Source: Hadesarchaea archaeon
GTDB lineage: Archaea > Hadarchaeota > Hadarchaeia > Hadarchaeales > WYZ-LMO6
Direction: 5' to 3'
Assembly (NCBI GenBank): GCA_029259185.1
Contig: JAPDJF010000054.1
Location: 1 to 39,589, forward strand
DNA length: 39,589 nt
In this document: piece after piece, positions 9,370-18,922 of the stretch
Layout of the letters: each line of letters opens with the position of its first letter
Numbering within the stretch: position 1 is the stretch's first letter
Program-made: the position numbers and the translations under genes
Notes under the pieces: generated by a model
Databases searched by the model: none
What the model was told of the DNA's origin: nothing
What the model saw: the letters and a program-made list of their open reading frames with translations, nothing else

Positions 9370-10713
9370 ATGGGAATAGGATGGTCGTACGTGCTAGATT
9401 TCGTATTCCTCAGCGCGCTCCTTCTCTTCTCAACTCTCCTGCGTGCAAAGATCAAAATCTTTCAAAGAGTTCTAATGCCGAATGCACTGGTAGCGGGGAT
9501 CTTCGGACTTTTGTTGAGCCACCAAGTTCTCGGTTTGGTTCCATTTTATCACCTGAAGGATATGGTATATCATTTGTTGAATCTAACGTTTGCTTTTCTA
9601 GTTCTAGGTATTCCTATGGGAAAGGGGACTTATGGTCAAGCCGCTAGTACGGGTATTCTAATGAGTTTTGTTTTTGCCCTGCAACTTTTAGTGGGGCTGT
9701 CTTTAACCTTCGTTCTTTTATACACGTTCATGCCCACTCTCTTCCCAGCCTTCGGCGCGCTTATGGGGATAGGTTATGCTTCCGGTCCAGGACAAGCGTT
9801 CGCGATAGGTTCGAGCTGGGAGTCCGCTGGGTTCCCGCATGGTGGGGACGTGGGATTGATTTTCGGAGTGATAGGTTTTTTCTGGGCTTATGGTGTCGGG
9901 GTGATGTTGTTGAATCGCGGAATAGGGAAAGGTTTGAGCACCAAGATCAAGGACATGAAGAGTGTTCCGAAAGAGGTTTGGAGCGGGATACTACCCGAGA
10001 GGAAACAGAGACCGGTTGGAAAACTCACAACCTCTTCAGAGGTGGTGGACACGTTTACGGTTCAGATAGCCCTGGGCGGATTGGTCTATATGTTGGCATA
10101 CATGGTGGCGAAGGGTGTGGATGAACTGATTTCGGTCAATGCTGTCTGGGGGGTACTTTTCATACTCACGGTGATCACGGGTTTTGTGGTTAGGATGATT
10201 ATCGAAAGAACTGGTGGGGATAAGTTGTTGTCTCCCGGGGTCCAGAGACACATGGCTGGAGCATGCGTTGATTACACAGTAGCTGCGTCGGTGGCGGCCA
10301 TTTCCATACCGGTGGTGAGCGAGTATGCAGTACCCTTGGTCCTCATAGCTCTCATGGGCGGGCTCGCAACACTTCTGGTGTTCTTTTGGTTGCCGAGGAA
10401 AATCTGGCGGAATTATCGGTTCGAGAGAACGCTCGTATGTTACGGAACCCTTACGGGAACGATGGATTCAGGTATTGCCCTTTGTAGGGTAGTGGATCCC
10501 GAACTCAGCACTCCAGCGGTGACCGATTACGTGCGTGGAATGCCTTTGATGTTCGTTTTAGTTATGCCTCTCTTCGCCATAGCTTCCATACCCGTACTCG
10601 GTTACGGTCTTCCAGATTCCTCTCTCTATTGTATCTCCGCGATCCTCCTTCTCTTAGTTTGTATGGGGGTCCTAGTTGGGTTATGGAAAAAAATAGGGTA
10701 CTGGGGGGACTGA
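9370..10713 (+). CDS. Sodium:glutamate symporter (GltS/ESS) family transporter
   Basis: About 11-12 hydrophobic segments; MPNALVAG, GYASGPGQA and YGTLTGT re-entrant-loop motifs. Confidence 0.85.
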   Translation: MGIGWSYVLDFVFLSALLLFSTLLRAKIKIFQRVLMPNALVAGIFGLLLSHQVLGLVPFYHLKDMVYHLLNLTFAFLVLGIPMGKGTYGQAASTGILMSFVFALQLLVGLSLTFVLLYTFMPTLFPAFGALMGIGYASGPGQAFAIGSSWESAGFPHGGDVGLIFGVIGFFWAYGVGVMLLNRGIGKGLSTKIKDMKSVPKEVWSGILPERKQRPVGKLTTSSEVVDTFTVQIALGGLVYMLAYMVAKGVDELISVNAVWGVLFILTVITGFVVRMIIERTGGDKLLSPGVQRHMAGACVDYTVAASVAAISIPVVSEYAVPLVLIALMGGLATLLVFFWLPRKIWRNYRFERTLVCYGTLTGTMDSGIALCRVVDPELSTPAVTDYVRGMPLMFVLVMPLFAIASIPVLGYGLPDSSLYCISAILLLLVCMGVLVGLWKKIGYWGD

Positions 10714-10795
10714 TCTCCCACTGTTTTTCGTAATCGTTCAGAATCGGAAGAGGAGCGGATGACGAGGGGATGAGGTGCCCCTGCTGGAGCAGTGT

Positions 10796-11569
10796 TCACA
10801 ATGGTCGGAGGGGGATAACTTGGGGTTTTTCATCTTCCCATAGCACCTTCACCTTTACACCATAGCAATTCTTCAAATTTTTTTGAGTCAGGACTTCCTC
10901 AGGTTTTCCTATCGCGAGGATTTTCCCGTTGTTGAGCATTATCATTTCATCGGAGAACCTGGATGCTAGGTTCAGATCGTGCATGGCCATGAGTACAACG
11001 AGTTTTTCGTGTTTCAGAGTACTCCTGATGAAAGCGAGCACTTCGAGTTGGTGTCTGATGTCCAAGTTCCCGGTGGGCTCATCCAAAAGCAGAATCTTGG
11101 GCTCTTGCACCAAAGCTCTGGCTATCATGACTTTCTGTTTCTCACCATCACTGAGTTCATCGAAGTATCTGAGGGCTAGGGCCTCCAACTTCATACGCTT
11201 CAGAATATCCCACATTACATCGATATCACGAGTGCTGGGTTTCCATCCGATGTAGGGTTTCCTTCCCAACATGAGGACATCGAGAACGCGAAATGGAAAA
11301 ACATTCGGATACGTCCTCGGCACGTAGGCGATGAGCTTTGATAGCTCCTTGGATCCCAATTCACTTATCTCCCTTCCGTCGACCATTATCGTCCCCCGCT
11401 TGGGTTTCAGTATGCGATCTATACACCTCAACAGAGTGGTTTTGCCTGAGCCGTTTGGGCCCACCACACTCACCACGCTTCCCTCCTTCACCTTCATTGT
11501 GATGTTGTGGAGTGCTCGGGTGCTTCCGTAGTCGAACGAAATCCCACATATCTCGATTTTCATCCCCAA
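10796..11569 (-). CDS. ABC transporter ATP-binding subunit (FepC/BtuD type)
   Basis: Walker A GPNGSGKTT, signature LSDGEKQK, Walker B LLLDEPT, MHDLNLA. Confidence 0.95.
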   Translation of the reverse strand: MGMKIEICGISFDYGSTRALHNITMKVKEGSVVSVVGPNGSGKTTLLRCIDRILKPKRGTIMVDGREISELGSKELSKLIAYVPRTYPNVFPFRVLDVLMLGRKPYIGWKPSTRDIDVMWDILKRMKLEALALRYFDELSDGEKQKVMIARALVQEPKILLLDEPTGNLDIRHQLEVLAFIRSTLKHEKLVVLMAMHDLNLASRFSDEMIMLNNGKILAIGKPEEVLTQKNLKNCYGVKVKVLWEDEKPQVIPLRPL

Positions 11570-12615
11570 TACCTCCTTCTCTCTTTCATGAGGAGATACA
11601 CGAAGAAGGGCACCCCCATAAGGGATGTCGGGATCCCAACCGGGATCTCGGTTGGTGCAATGATCGTTCTAGCCACGGTATCTGCTCCCAACAAGAGAAG
11701 GCCTCCCATCAGACAAGCGCATGGCAACGAAAATCTATGGTCCCCCCCAACCGTCATTCGAGCCATGTGTGGAGCAACGAGTCCGATGAATCCAATGGTA
11801 CCGGTAAAGCACACCACGGTAGAGACGATGAGGGTGGCTAGAACGAGTGAAGCGGTTCTGACGAATCCCACTTCGACACCTAAGCTGGCCGCGATTTCGT
11901 CTCCGGCACTCACAGCGTTGAGATCCCAAGTCATCCGGATCAGTAGGGGAAGTAGCAAAAACATCATCATGGTGACAGGAACGAGTTCTTCCCAGGTGGT
12001 GGGGTTGAGACTCCCCATTAACCAGAAAACGATTTGTTGAAGTGCATCGGGTTCAGCTACATATTCTAAGAGGGAGGTCATGGCTGCAAACATGTACATC
12101 ACGACGATCCCCGTCAAAATTACAGATTCGGAGGTCATCCCTCTCAATCCGCTTATTCCAGAGACTAGGAAAGCCGCGAGTAACGAGAAGATGAACGCAT
12201 TCGTAATGACCAAATACTTAGATCCTCCAACCATCCCCACCCCAAGCACGATGGCTAAGGCAGCCCCGAAGCCGGCGGCGGAGGACACACCAATGGTGTA
12301 GGGGCTTACAAGGGGATTTCGGAGGGTTGCCTGTAGCGTGATCCCAGAAACTGCGAGACCACCGCCGGCCACTATCGCCATGAGCACGCGTGGTAGCCTG
12401 AATTCCCAAACTATGAATTCCTTCACCCCCCTCAGGGGCTCGAGGGGATGGGTGATTTTCGAAACGATAGCAGAGATCGTATCTCTAAAAGTCAGGTCAG
12501 CGGCTCCTAGCGTGGTGGCTACGATAGCTGTGAGCAAGAGCAGAACCCATAGGAGTAGGAGGGTGAAAAATTTTTCTGCGGTTAATCTGTCGTAAATCCT
12601 CCCTCGAGTTTTCAC
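11560..12615 (-). CDS. FecCD/BtuC-family ABC permease
   Basis: RLPRVL, LRNPLVSPYTIGVSSAAGFGA, IGFIGLVAPH. The likely GTG start at 12615 overlaps the upstream stop (GTGA). Confidence 0.93.
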   Translation of the reverse strand: MKTRGRIYDRLTAEKFFTLLLLWVLLLLTAIVATTLGAADLTFRDTISAIVSKITHPLEPLRGVKEFIVWEFRLPRVLMAIVAGGGLAVSGITLQATLRNPLVSPYTIGVSSAAGFGAALAIVLGVGMVGGSKYLVITNAFIFSLLAAFLVSGISGLRGMTSESVILTGIVVMYMFAAMTSLLEYVAEPDALQQIVFWLMGSLNPTTWEELVPVTMMMFLLLPLLIRMTWDLNAVSAGDEIAASLGVEVGFVRTASLVLATLIVSTVVCFTGTIGFIGLVAPHMARMTVGGDHRFSLPCACLMGGLLLLGADTVARTIIAPTEIPVGIPTSLMGVPFFVYLLMKERRRYWG

Positions 12616-13688
12616 GGGTACGCGAACACCCCTTTGTACTCGAGTCCTATGAAGTTCTCTAAGATGGTGCGGTGAATCAGCTCTGGATCCAAGTTCTCGA
12701 AAAGCTGTGGATAAAACCATTTGGCCAAATAACACATACCAACCACCTCTCTAGGCCCCAGCCAAACGGCTTGTGAGAGGAGGTGAACTCTCCCCTCTTT
12801 CACAGCTTTCATGTGCTCCTGCCATCCAGTTCTTCCTGTTATATCCTCCATCAGTTCTTGGAGGTCTTCCGTGTCCAAGACACCGTATCCACATCGGAGT
12901 GTCTTCGGCGTGAGTTTTATTACCACATCTGGATCTCGTTCAAGTATCCATTCTGAACTCACTTTAGGATAGGGCACGGGCTCGGCGGCAGCGATGTTTA
13001 TTCCTCCAGCAATGGTTATGAGTTTGTGTGCTGCGCCCTCCGAGTTTGAAGTGTAACCTGTGGCGCTCTCATAATATACTCGAACTCTCTCCCCAGGTTC
13101 CAGATCTTTCACACGATCTTTTATCTTATCCATCCAAGACTGGATGAACTTAGCGTATTCGTTAGCCCTTTCGGTCTTGCCAAACATCAATCCTATCGTT
13201 TTTATGTCGTTTATGAGCGTGTCCACTTCGTAGCAATTGAGCCGCACGACCTTGATCCCGAGGGACTCCAAAGTTTCTTCTAGCTCGGGTCCAGGCCATT
13301 TCTCATATGTTATTACTATCTGCGGATGGAGTTCGGCTATCCTCTCATAGCTGGGGGAATACCACTTACCTACTGTGGGAGTGTTTTCGAATATAATTCC
13401 AAGTTCTCTGGTAACCGAGTCTTTGGTAGCGGTGTAGTCGTTTACACCAATCACTCTGTTTTCGGCATCCAAGATACATATCGTCTCAGCGGCATCGCTG
13501 TTAAGAACCACTACACGTTCTAATGGTAGGGGGACTTCGACGTACCTACCGGCGGAGTCCACGATCGTGAGAGTGTTTTCGGTGATGAGCTTACTCCCTA
13601 TGATGTGTCCGATCCCCATTCCTACGATCACAGAGATGGTTATGCCGATTGTTCCGAGGATTATCGGATATTTCGACTCAGGAACCAT
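12612..13688 (-). CDS. ABC substrate-binding protein, cobalamin/iron-siderophore (BtuF-like) class
   Basis: N-terminal membrane anchor; IVDSAGRYVEV, PSYERIAELHPQIVI, VSSEWILERDPDVVI. Confidence 0.92.
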   Translation of the reverse strand: MVPESKYPIILGTIGITISVIVGMGIGHIIGSKLITENTLTIVDSAGRYVEVPLPLERVVVLNSDAAETICILDAENRVIGVNDYTATKDSVTRELGIIFENTPTVGKWYSPSYERIAELHPQIVITYEKWPGPELEETLESLGIKVVRLNCYEVDTLINDIKTIGLMFGKTERANEYAKFIQSWMDKIKDRVKDLEPGERVRVYYESATGYTSNSEGAAHKLITIAGGINIAAAEPVPYPKVSSEWILERDPDVVIKLTPKTLRCGYGVLDTEDLQELMEDITGRTGWQEHMKAVKEGRVHLLSQAVWLGPREVVGMCYLAKWFYPQLFENLDPELIHRTILENFIGLEYKGVFAYP

Positions 13689-13723
13689 CTTTATCTAACC
13701 GAAAATGTGTATTTAAAAATTAC

Positions 13724-13741
13724 TTGTTTCATATGAAACAA
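13724..13741. promoter_or_regulatory. Perfect 18-bp palindrome, putative regulator site
   Basis: TTGTTTCATATGAAACAA, next to the TATA-like element (13711-13719) of the ABC operon and upstream of the divergent DUF2117 gene. Confidence 0.55.
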
Positions 13742-13788
13742 ATTCAAAAATATATCAGAAGAATTTTTCAAGTGATTAGGGTGATTGA

Positions 13789-14859
13789 CTGAAAATTGCA
13801 GTTTTCTTCCACATGCCGGGAATCTTTGACAGCGGATGGGCCAAACGGATCATAGATTTTTTGAGAACCAAACACGAGGTTCTACCCACGACATACGGCA
13901 CGATGGGAAGAACTGCTTTGTTCGATAGCGGTCTGGAAAGGGAAATCCAGTTCGTTAAGGGAGAGCCCAGTGAGATACTCACGAAAATTTCGAAGACGGT
14001 TGATGCTTTCGTCTTACCGATGTACGCGACTTCCCCTTTGAAAAGTCATGCGCACTGTTGGCACCTCTTGAAGTCCTCGGGCATCACAAAACCTTTGGTG
14101 GAGATAGAGGCAAAAAGCAGGTGTGTGATCCCTTGGAACAAGGAGGCTAGAGAACTCTCATCCTGGATAGCGAGTGGACTTAGGCTTGAGTTAAAGGAAG
14201 CCCCAGCTTTTGGTGAGACCTTTTGGGTCTCTGGTGGGAAGAAATACAGGAGAATCTTAGGGGTGGAGGTGGGGGATTATGTAATGGTTAACAGAGTAGT
14301 GATTGGAAGGGCCAACTCGGAAAATGTCATTTTAGTGGAGGAGAATGGGGTCTTGACGGAGTTCGTCGGAGTGGATCTAAAACTTGGGGGTTTGAGAAAG
14401 CTGCAAAAATTGGAGAAGATCGATCTGAAGAAAATTAGAGTTGAGACCACTTCTTCCTTGAGGTTCACGACCAAAAAGCCGAGGATGATCGAGATCCCGA
14501 AAAGAAGCGGAGTAGTTTTCATAGATCATGCGGGATACGATGTTTACGATCTAGCTTGGGGTGTAGAAGGTGTGGTGGTTGTAGGAGATGATACTTCTTC
14601 GATAGTGGGGGATATCCTCTTCCGTTTGCAAGTCCCGATATTGGGCATCGTGGATGGAGATGAAGACAAATTGTTGAAGGGATCTCAATTGAGTGAGGGA
14701 TCGGTAATACTCACCGTTGAAAACGACGATTCCGTGGGTGAAGAGGTTTTCAGAAAGGTCTTCAAGCGGAAGGCGAGACTCGGACGAAAGTTCAGCGAAG
14801 TCAAGCGAGAGATAATTTTCCTCTTAAGAGACAAGATCAAGAGAATTCTCGAAGTTTGA
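13789..14859 (+). CDS. DUF2117-family archaeal protein
   Basis: (M)KIAVFFHMPGIFDSGWA, GTMGRTALFDSGL, VVVGDDTSSIVGDILFRL, GIVDGD. Probable CTG start at 13789 after SD GGGTGA; the track start at 13813 truncates the first beta strand. Confidence 0.75.
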   Translation: MKIAVFFHMPGIFDSGWAKRIIDFLRTKHEVLPTTYGTMGRTALFDSGLEREIQFVKGEPSEILTKISKTVDAFVLPMYATSPLKSHAHCWHLLKSSGITKPLVEIEAKSRCVIPWNKEARELSSWIASGLRLELKEAPAFGETFWVSGGKKYRRILGVEVGDYVMVNRVVIGRANSENVILVEENGVLTEFVGVDLKLGGLRKLQKLEKIDLKKIRVETTSSLRFTTKKPRMIEIPKRSGVVFIDHAGYDVYDLAWGVEGVVVVGDDTSSIVGDILFRLQVPILGIVDGDEDKLLKGSQLSEGSVILTVENDDSVGEEVFRKVFKRKARLGRKFSEVKREIIFLLRDKIKRILEV

Positions 14860-14960
14860 CCTGGCGGTCGAACAGACAGGTGTGGAGGATAGATTTCGGT
14901 CGCGGAGTGTCACTTTTAAAACTCAAATTTTTAGCCAACGATGGCAAAAATTAAGCTGGT

Positions 14961-15077
14961 AGCCCCGTGGGGTAGGCCGCTTTAGGTTAGCGGGCCCAAT
15001 GGTCAGGCTTAAGCCCCATAAAAGCCTACGGGCCTTTGGAGCCCGTGACACCGGTTCGAATCCGGTCGGGGCTACCA
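14961..15077 (+). tRNA. tRNA-Gln(TTG) with two non-canonical introns (14976-14999 and 15005-15021)
   Basis: Acceptor stem AGCCCCG/CGGGGCT plus ACCA; anticodon arm CGGGC-CT-TTG-GA-GCCCG; T arm ACCGG-TTCGAAT-CCGGT. Both inserts form bulge-helix-bulge motifs. Confidence 0.92.
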
Positions 15078-15204
15078 CTCTGTGCCGTTAACTCGTTCTG
15101 CAGTCTTTTATAGGAGGTAAGCTAGAGCAAGGAGTTTGGTTCAGTTACCTCTACGGGGTTTTTGGAGAAAGTTTTTGAGAGTCCAGAGGCTTATCTAATT
15201 TAGT

Positions 15205-15306
15205 AGCCCCGTGGGGTAGGCCGCTTTACGGTTAGGCGGGCCCAATGGTCAATCCTGCGAGGCTCTGGACCTCGCGACTCCGGTTCGAATCCGGACGGGG
15301 CTACCA
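15205..15306 (+). tRNA. tRNA-Gln(CTG) with one D-loop intron (15220-15245)
   Basis: AGCCCCG/CGGGGCT plus ACCA; CGAGG-CT-CTG-GA-CCTCG; TCCGG-TTCGAAT-CCGGA; 26-nt BHB intron at position 15/16. Confidence 0.93.
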
Positions 15307-15401
15307 CTTGGGATAGTTTCGGTGGATGAATAGTTCCCCCTAGCCGAAGATCATTCCTACTTCCACTTTCAGGTGCAGGAAATCTGAATCGGTCGCCGAG
15401 T

Positions 15402-15635
15402 TCAAATTTCTACTACAATCGCAGTGTTTGTATCCACAACGCCTTTTATCCGGTGGATTCCCCCCACCACGGTATTCGTGAGCGATGCTAGGTCCTTTGT
15501 TTCCACGAAAGCGATGATGTCGTAGGGTCCCGTGACCGTGTGGATAGATTTGATCCCTCGAACCTTTCTGAGTTCCTTGGCAACCGATTTGACCTTCCCT
15601 ATGGCCACGGTTATCAAGACGTAGGCTTGCATCAC
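15402..15635 (-). CDS. Stand-alone Lrp/AsnC ligand-binding (RAM) domain protein
   Basis: AYVLITV...VTGPYDIIAFVE...GVVDTNTAIV; no HTH. Confidence 0.9.
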   Translation of the reverse strand: MMQAYVLITVAIGKVKSVAKELRKVRGIKSIHTVTGPYDIIAFVETKDLASLTNTVVGGIHRIKGVVDTNTAIVVEI

Positions 15636-15648
15636 TTAAACTAAGTTT

Positions 15649-16356
15649 CTAGGTATAAAAGCAGTCCGAGGCCTCCCACTCGTATCTTCCCACCCAACTC
15701 TTCGAGAGGATTCGAGAGATACCCGGCAGATGACCGGCCCCCACCACACAAACGATTTTGCCATCCGTTTTGGTGAGGAGAAGTGAAATCTTCTCAGCCA
15801 TGTACCAATCTCTTTCCTTGATGAGCACTTCGTACATAGTTTTCGAGATCTTCTTCACCTCCCGGAGGATTCGTTCCACCGTTTCTTCCTCGGTGAACTT
15901 CTCTAAATCCAATCTCCTGCCTATGGGTAACATGGCTGTTGAGAGCATAACCAGTAGCTTCATTTTTTCGATAGTACCCATTCTCGAAATGAGCTTTTCC
16001 ATGGTGGTTCGAAAGCTTTGGTCTATGAACTCGATTCTAGCCCCAACTTCGCGAGCCGCCTCTGCAGCTGTTATCATTTCCCTTCCAGCCGGAGTTCCGG
16101 TGTGGCGAGACAGGTAGTTTTGCAGGTAGTGCATGAGGCGCCAGAGTATCGGTATAGAGGTCTTTTGATCGATCATTTCGTTGCTTGATGGCTGGGAGGC
16201 ACCCCTCCTCAACATGTCATATCGTTCTTGGCATAGTTCTAAGCCCACGACGGCAGGCTTTTCCTTCTTTATGATTTCTTCGACTTCTCTCGAACTCTGA
16301 GGAAAAATGTGCGCGACCCCGACAAGGAACAGCTTGTTTCCTACTCTCTTCAACAC
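15649..16356 (-). CDS. TraB/GumN family protein
   Basis: LVGVAH, VGLELCQER, GREM, LIKERDWYMA, VVGAGHLPGI. Confidence 0.9.
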   Translation of the reverse strand: MLKRVGNKLFLVGVAHIFPQSSREVEEIIKKEKPAVVGLELCQERYDMLRRGASQPSSNEMIDQKTSIPILWRLMHYLQNYLSRHTGTPAGREMITAAEAAREVGARIEFIDQSFRTTMEKLISRMGTIEKMKLLVMLSTAMLPIGRRLDLEKFTEEETVERILREVKKISKTMYEVLIKERDWYMAEKISLLLTKTDGKIVCVVGAGHLPGISRILSKSWVGRYEWEASDCFYT

Positions 16357-17006
16357 TTCGAACCCCTAGGACGATAAGTGAGGAGTAGATCCTCCCCGAC
16401 CCTCGAAATTCTTAAGAGCTCCAGCTTTATCCCTTCATTCACTCTAAAAAAACCCTCCCCTCCCACCAGCGTTTTGGCCTCGGTGCCTCCCACAATGCGG
16501 GGGGAGATCGCTATCCTTATCTCGTCCACGAGCCCCCTGCTGAGCATGGCCCAGTTAAGGGTTGAGCCACCCTCAAGAAGGAGTCTCCGAACTCCCCTTT
16601 CGTAAAGCTTCTTGAGGAGGAGGGCCAAATTTACTTCGTCCCTTCCGACCTGGATCACTTCGGCCCCCACCTTTTGTAGATTCTTCACTTTGTCTCTTCT
16701 CGCCCTCCGGGAGACCGCCACAATCGTTTTTGATGAATTATCCAATGCTTTTGCACCCGGTGGAACTCTGGCCGTTCCATCGATTATCACCCTCATCGGG
16801 TTCTTTCCTTTGGCCCTCCTCACGGTGAGGGAGGGATCATCTGCCAGCACCGTGCCGGCACCAACCATCACGGCATCCACACTGGCCCTGAGCTTATGGA
16901 GCCTATCTAAATCTTTAGAACATGAGATTCGACTGTCCCCCCCCTTTGTGGCTATTTTTCCATCGAGTGTCATCGCGGCGTTCATGATGACGTATGGGCG
17001 AGGCAT
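16350..17006 (-). CDS. arfC: 2,5-diamino-6-ribosylamino-4(3H)-pyrimidinone 5'-phosphate reductase (archaeal RibD-reductase)
   Basis: AMTLDGKIAT, DAVMVGAGTVLADDPSLTVR, LLLEGGSTLN. Confidence 0.9.
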   Translation of the reverse strand: MPRPYVIMNAAMTLDGKIATKGGDSRISCSKDLDRLHKLRASVDAVMVGAGTVLADDPSLTVRRAKGKNPMRVIIDGTARVPPGAKALDNSSKTIVAVSRRARRDKVKNLQKVGAEVIQVGRDEVNLALLLKKLYERGVRRLLLEGGSTLNWAMLSRGLVDEIRIAISPRIVGGTEAKTLVGGEGFFRVNEGIKLELLRISRVGEDLLLTYRPRGSKC

Positions 17007-17184
17007 TCATTTTCATTTCGGTGTTTCAATCTTTAATTCCATCGGGGGGCAGTGTTTGGAAGCTTTGTTCGAATGAGTCCTCAAATAACCCAATAACAGT
17101 CAAGGACGACGAAGCACCTTTTGGATAGGGGTTCTAGTAAATATTCGTGGCTTAAGGATTTAGGGGGAACGCCAAGTTACTCTG

Positions 17185-17933
17185 ATGCTGGTCTCCAAAA
17201 CCGTGAGGGCTGAACCGCACGGCCTCACGAGAAGCGAGCTGAGGGGAACTGGAAGACCTCCAAGCGTGGGATCGCGCCCAAGAGGGACTACAAGAAGCTG
17301 AGGGAGCAGACTAGGCTATCCTCCTACTATAGGTCGCTCAGTTGGAAGGCAAAAGACGGGCGCAAATCCCCTATTCTCCTCGATAAGGACGCATTCAAGA
17401 TCGTGGAGACCGACAATAAATTTGCCCGGTTTTTCATCTCGATCCCGACCCCCAGGCAGGATTTGGTGCCCCCTGCGGATGCGGAAAAACCACGAGCGCC
17501 TGTTAGTCCAAGGGGGGAGGTTTCGGACTCCCAGATCACCAAGCGCGGGGGGAAGTTCTTCCTCCATCTGGTCGTTAAACGAGAGGTCAAGCTGACGCTT
17601 CGCTCGTCCGTCCCGCAGTGGACTTGGGGGAGCGCTTTCTCGCGGCGTCTGTGGTGCTGTCGGAGGAGGCCAACATCACCTCCCCCAAGCTCTACGGGAA
17701 GGAAGCAAGGGGAGTGAGGCGTCATTGCGCGTGGCTCCGAAAGCGGCTTGGAGAAACGAAGGGCGAAGGGTCTCGAGCTTCTTCAAATGCCTATCGTGCG
17801 GCCTAGAGTACAACGCCGATCTCAACGGAGCCGTAAACATAGGAAAGAGGTTCGCCGACCATTGGTTGGCGGACGGGGCACTAGGGTTCGTGCCCTTGAG
17901 GGAGGATCCCAGCTACCTCCCAAGGTAAGTCAC
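17185..17933 (+). pseudogene. tnpB: Degraded IS200/IS605-family TnpB with right end
   Basis: Fragments in several frames: MLVSKTVRA, KFFLHLVVKREV, VDLGERFLA (RuvC I), FKCLSCGLEYNADLNGAVNIGKR (Zn finger/RuvC III). Internal deletion and frameshifts; ends in TCAC at 17933. Confidence 0.88.
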
Positions 17934-17954
17934 GAATACTTACCAGAACTGGAT

Positions 17955-17969
17955 AGTTAAGGTTTATAT
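17955..17969 (+). repeat. Left target-site duplication (15 bp)
   Basis: AGTTAAGGTTTATAT, identical to 27526-27540. The TSD/TIR boundary is ambiguous by 1 nt each side (13-15 bp). Confidence 0.92.
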
Positions 17970-18173
17970 TTTTTACATTATTTGCATTTTCGACCCCAAC
18001 TTTATGCCATCTGAAGGTAGATAACATACGTTTTAGCCAATCAGAGCACTTATTGAGCGGCGAACAACGAAATACGGATTAAACAGTCCTTTTTCAATTT
18101 TTACGTTACCTATTCTTCCTCCTTTCGGCTTCGACCAAAACCCCGAAAATCGAATTAGGGTCAGGATTTGGGT
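17970..18173 (+). repeat. Left terminal inverted repeat (204 bp)
   Basis: TTTTTACATTATTTGC...AGGATTTGGGT is the exact reverse complement of 27322-27525 (compared by eye). Confidence 0.95.
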
Positions 18174-18202
18174 TCAGAGTAGCTTATTGGGGTTATGAAG
18201 TT

Positions 18203-18553
18203 ATGAAGCAACATTTATTAAAGTCAAAAATCACATGCAATGGGGTGTCAGGAATTCAAGTCCCAATCCCTCCCGAATACGCCTGGTTGATTCCAATCGT
18301 CGTGCCTTTTATAATCGGTCTGCTCGTGGGGACAATAATCAAAAAAGTCATAAAGTTGGCTTTGGCTGTAGTAGCTTTAATAATCGTTTTAGTCGCCACC
18401 GGATCCATGACCATGACTTTTGAAGACCTGTGGGGTAAAGCGATGGAATTCCTGCCTAAGTTGTACGAATCGGGTGAGGGATACTTAGACGTTTTGCCGT
18501 ACACATCCGCAACGTTTTTGATCGGCCTTGCGCTGGCGCTTTGGAAAGCTTAA
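18203..18553 (+). CDS. Small membrane protein (casposon cargo)
   Basis: Two to three hydrophobic segments; start uncertain. Confidence 0.65.
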   Translation: MKQHLLKSKITCNGVSGIQVPIPPEYAWLIPIVVPFIIGLLVGTIIKKVIKLALAVVALIIVLVATGSMTMTFEDLWGKAMEFLPKLYESGEGYLDVLPYTSATFLIGLALALWKA

Positions 18554-18577
18554 AAATAAGAAATGTGAGGAATAAAT

Positions 18578-18838
18578 TTGCCTATTGATATGAAAGATGT
18601 TGAAAAAACTGTGATGAGTTGGATAAGATCTAGGTATAAAAATGTTAGAGCTATACGGATTACCAAGATATGGAGAGAGCAGGACTTTTGGAGCGTCGAT
18701 GTAGAATTCGAGATTCCGACCGAAACCACATTTGGCTTTGACCCGCTTTTGCCTGCAAGTCTCAGGTCGCGGGGGATAAAACGTATGCGTAGGTTTCAAG
18801 TGGATAGATCAAGCGGGGAGGTTATAGGGGTTAAATAG
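18578..18838 (+). CDS. Small hypothetical protein, possibly PepSY-like fold
   Basis: WSVDVEF...FQVDRSSGEVIG pattern; SD-like GAGG before TTG. Confidence 0.55.
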   Translation: MPIDMKDVEKTVMSWIRSRYKNVRAIRITKIWREQDFWSVDVEFEIPTETTFGFDPLLPASLRSRGIKRMRRFQVDRSSGEVIGVK

Positions 18839-18922
18839 AAATTGTCGGAAATTCAGATTCAATCCTCTCGAAACTATTGCCATAAAAATAATAAGGTTAA
18901 GATTAACATAAATGGTGATTTC

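Noticed and set aside
14961-15306. Duplicated tRNA 5' halves as att sites or split tRNAs
   Set aside because: Both genes are complete, with different anticodons and encoded CCA.
17185-17969. TnpB relic as a component of the casposon
   Set aside because: It lies outside the left TSD and is far more decayed than the element; an older independent insertion.
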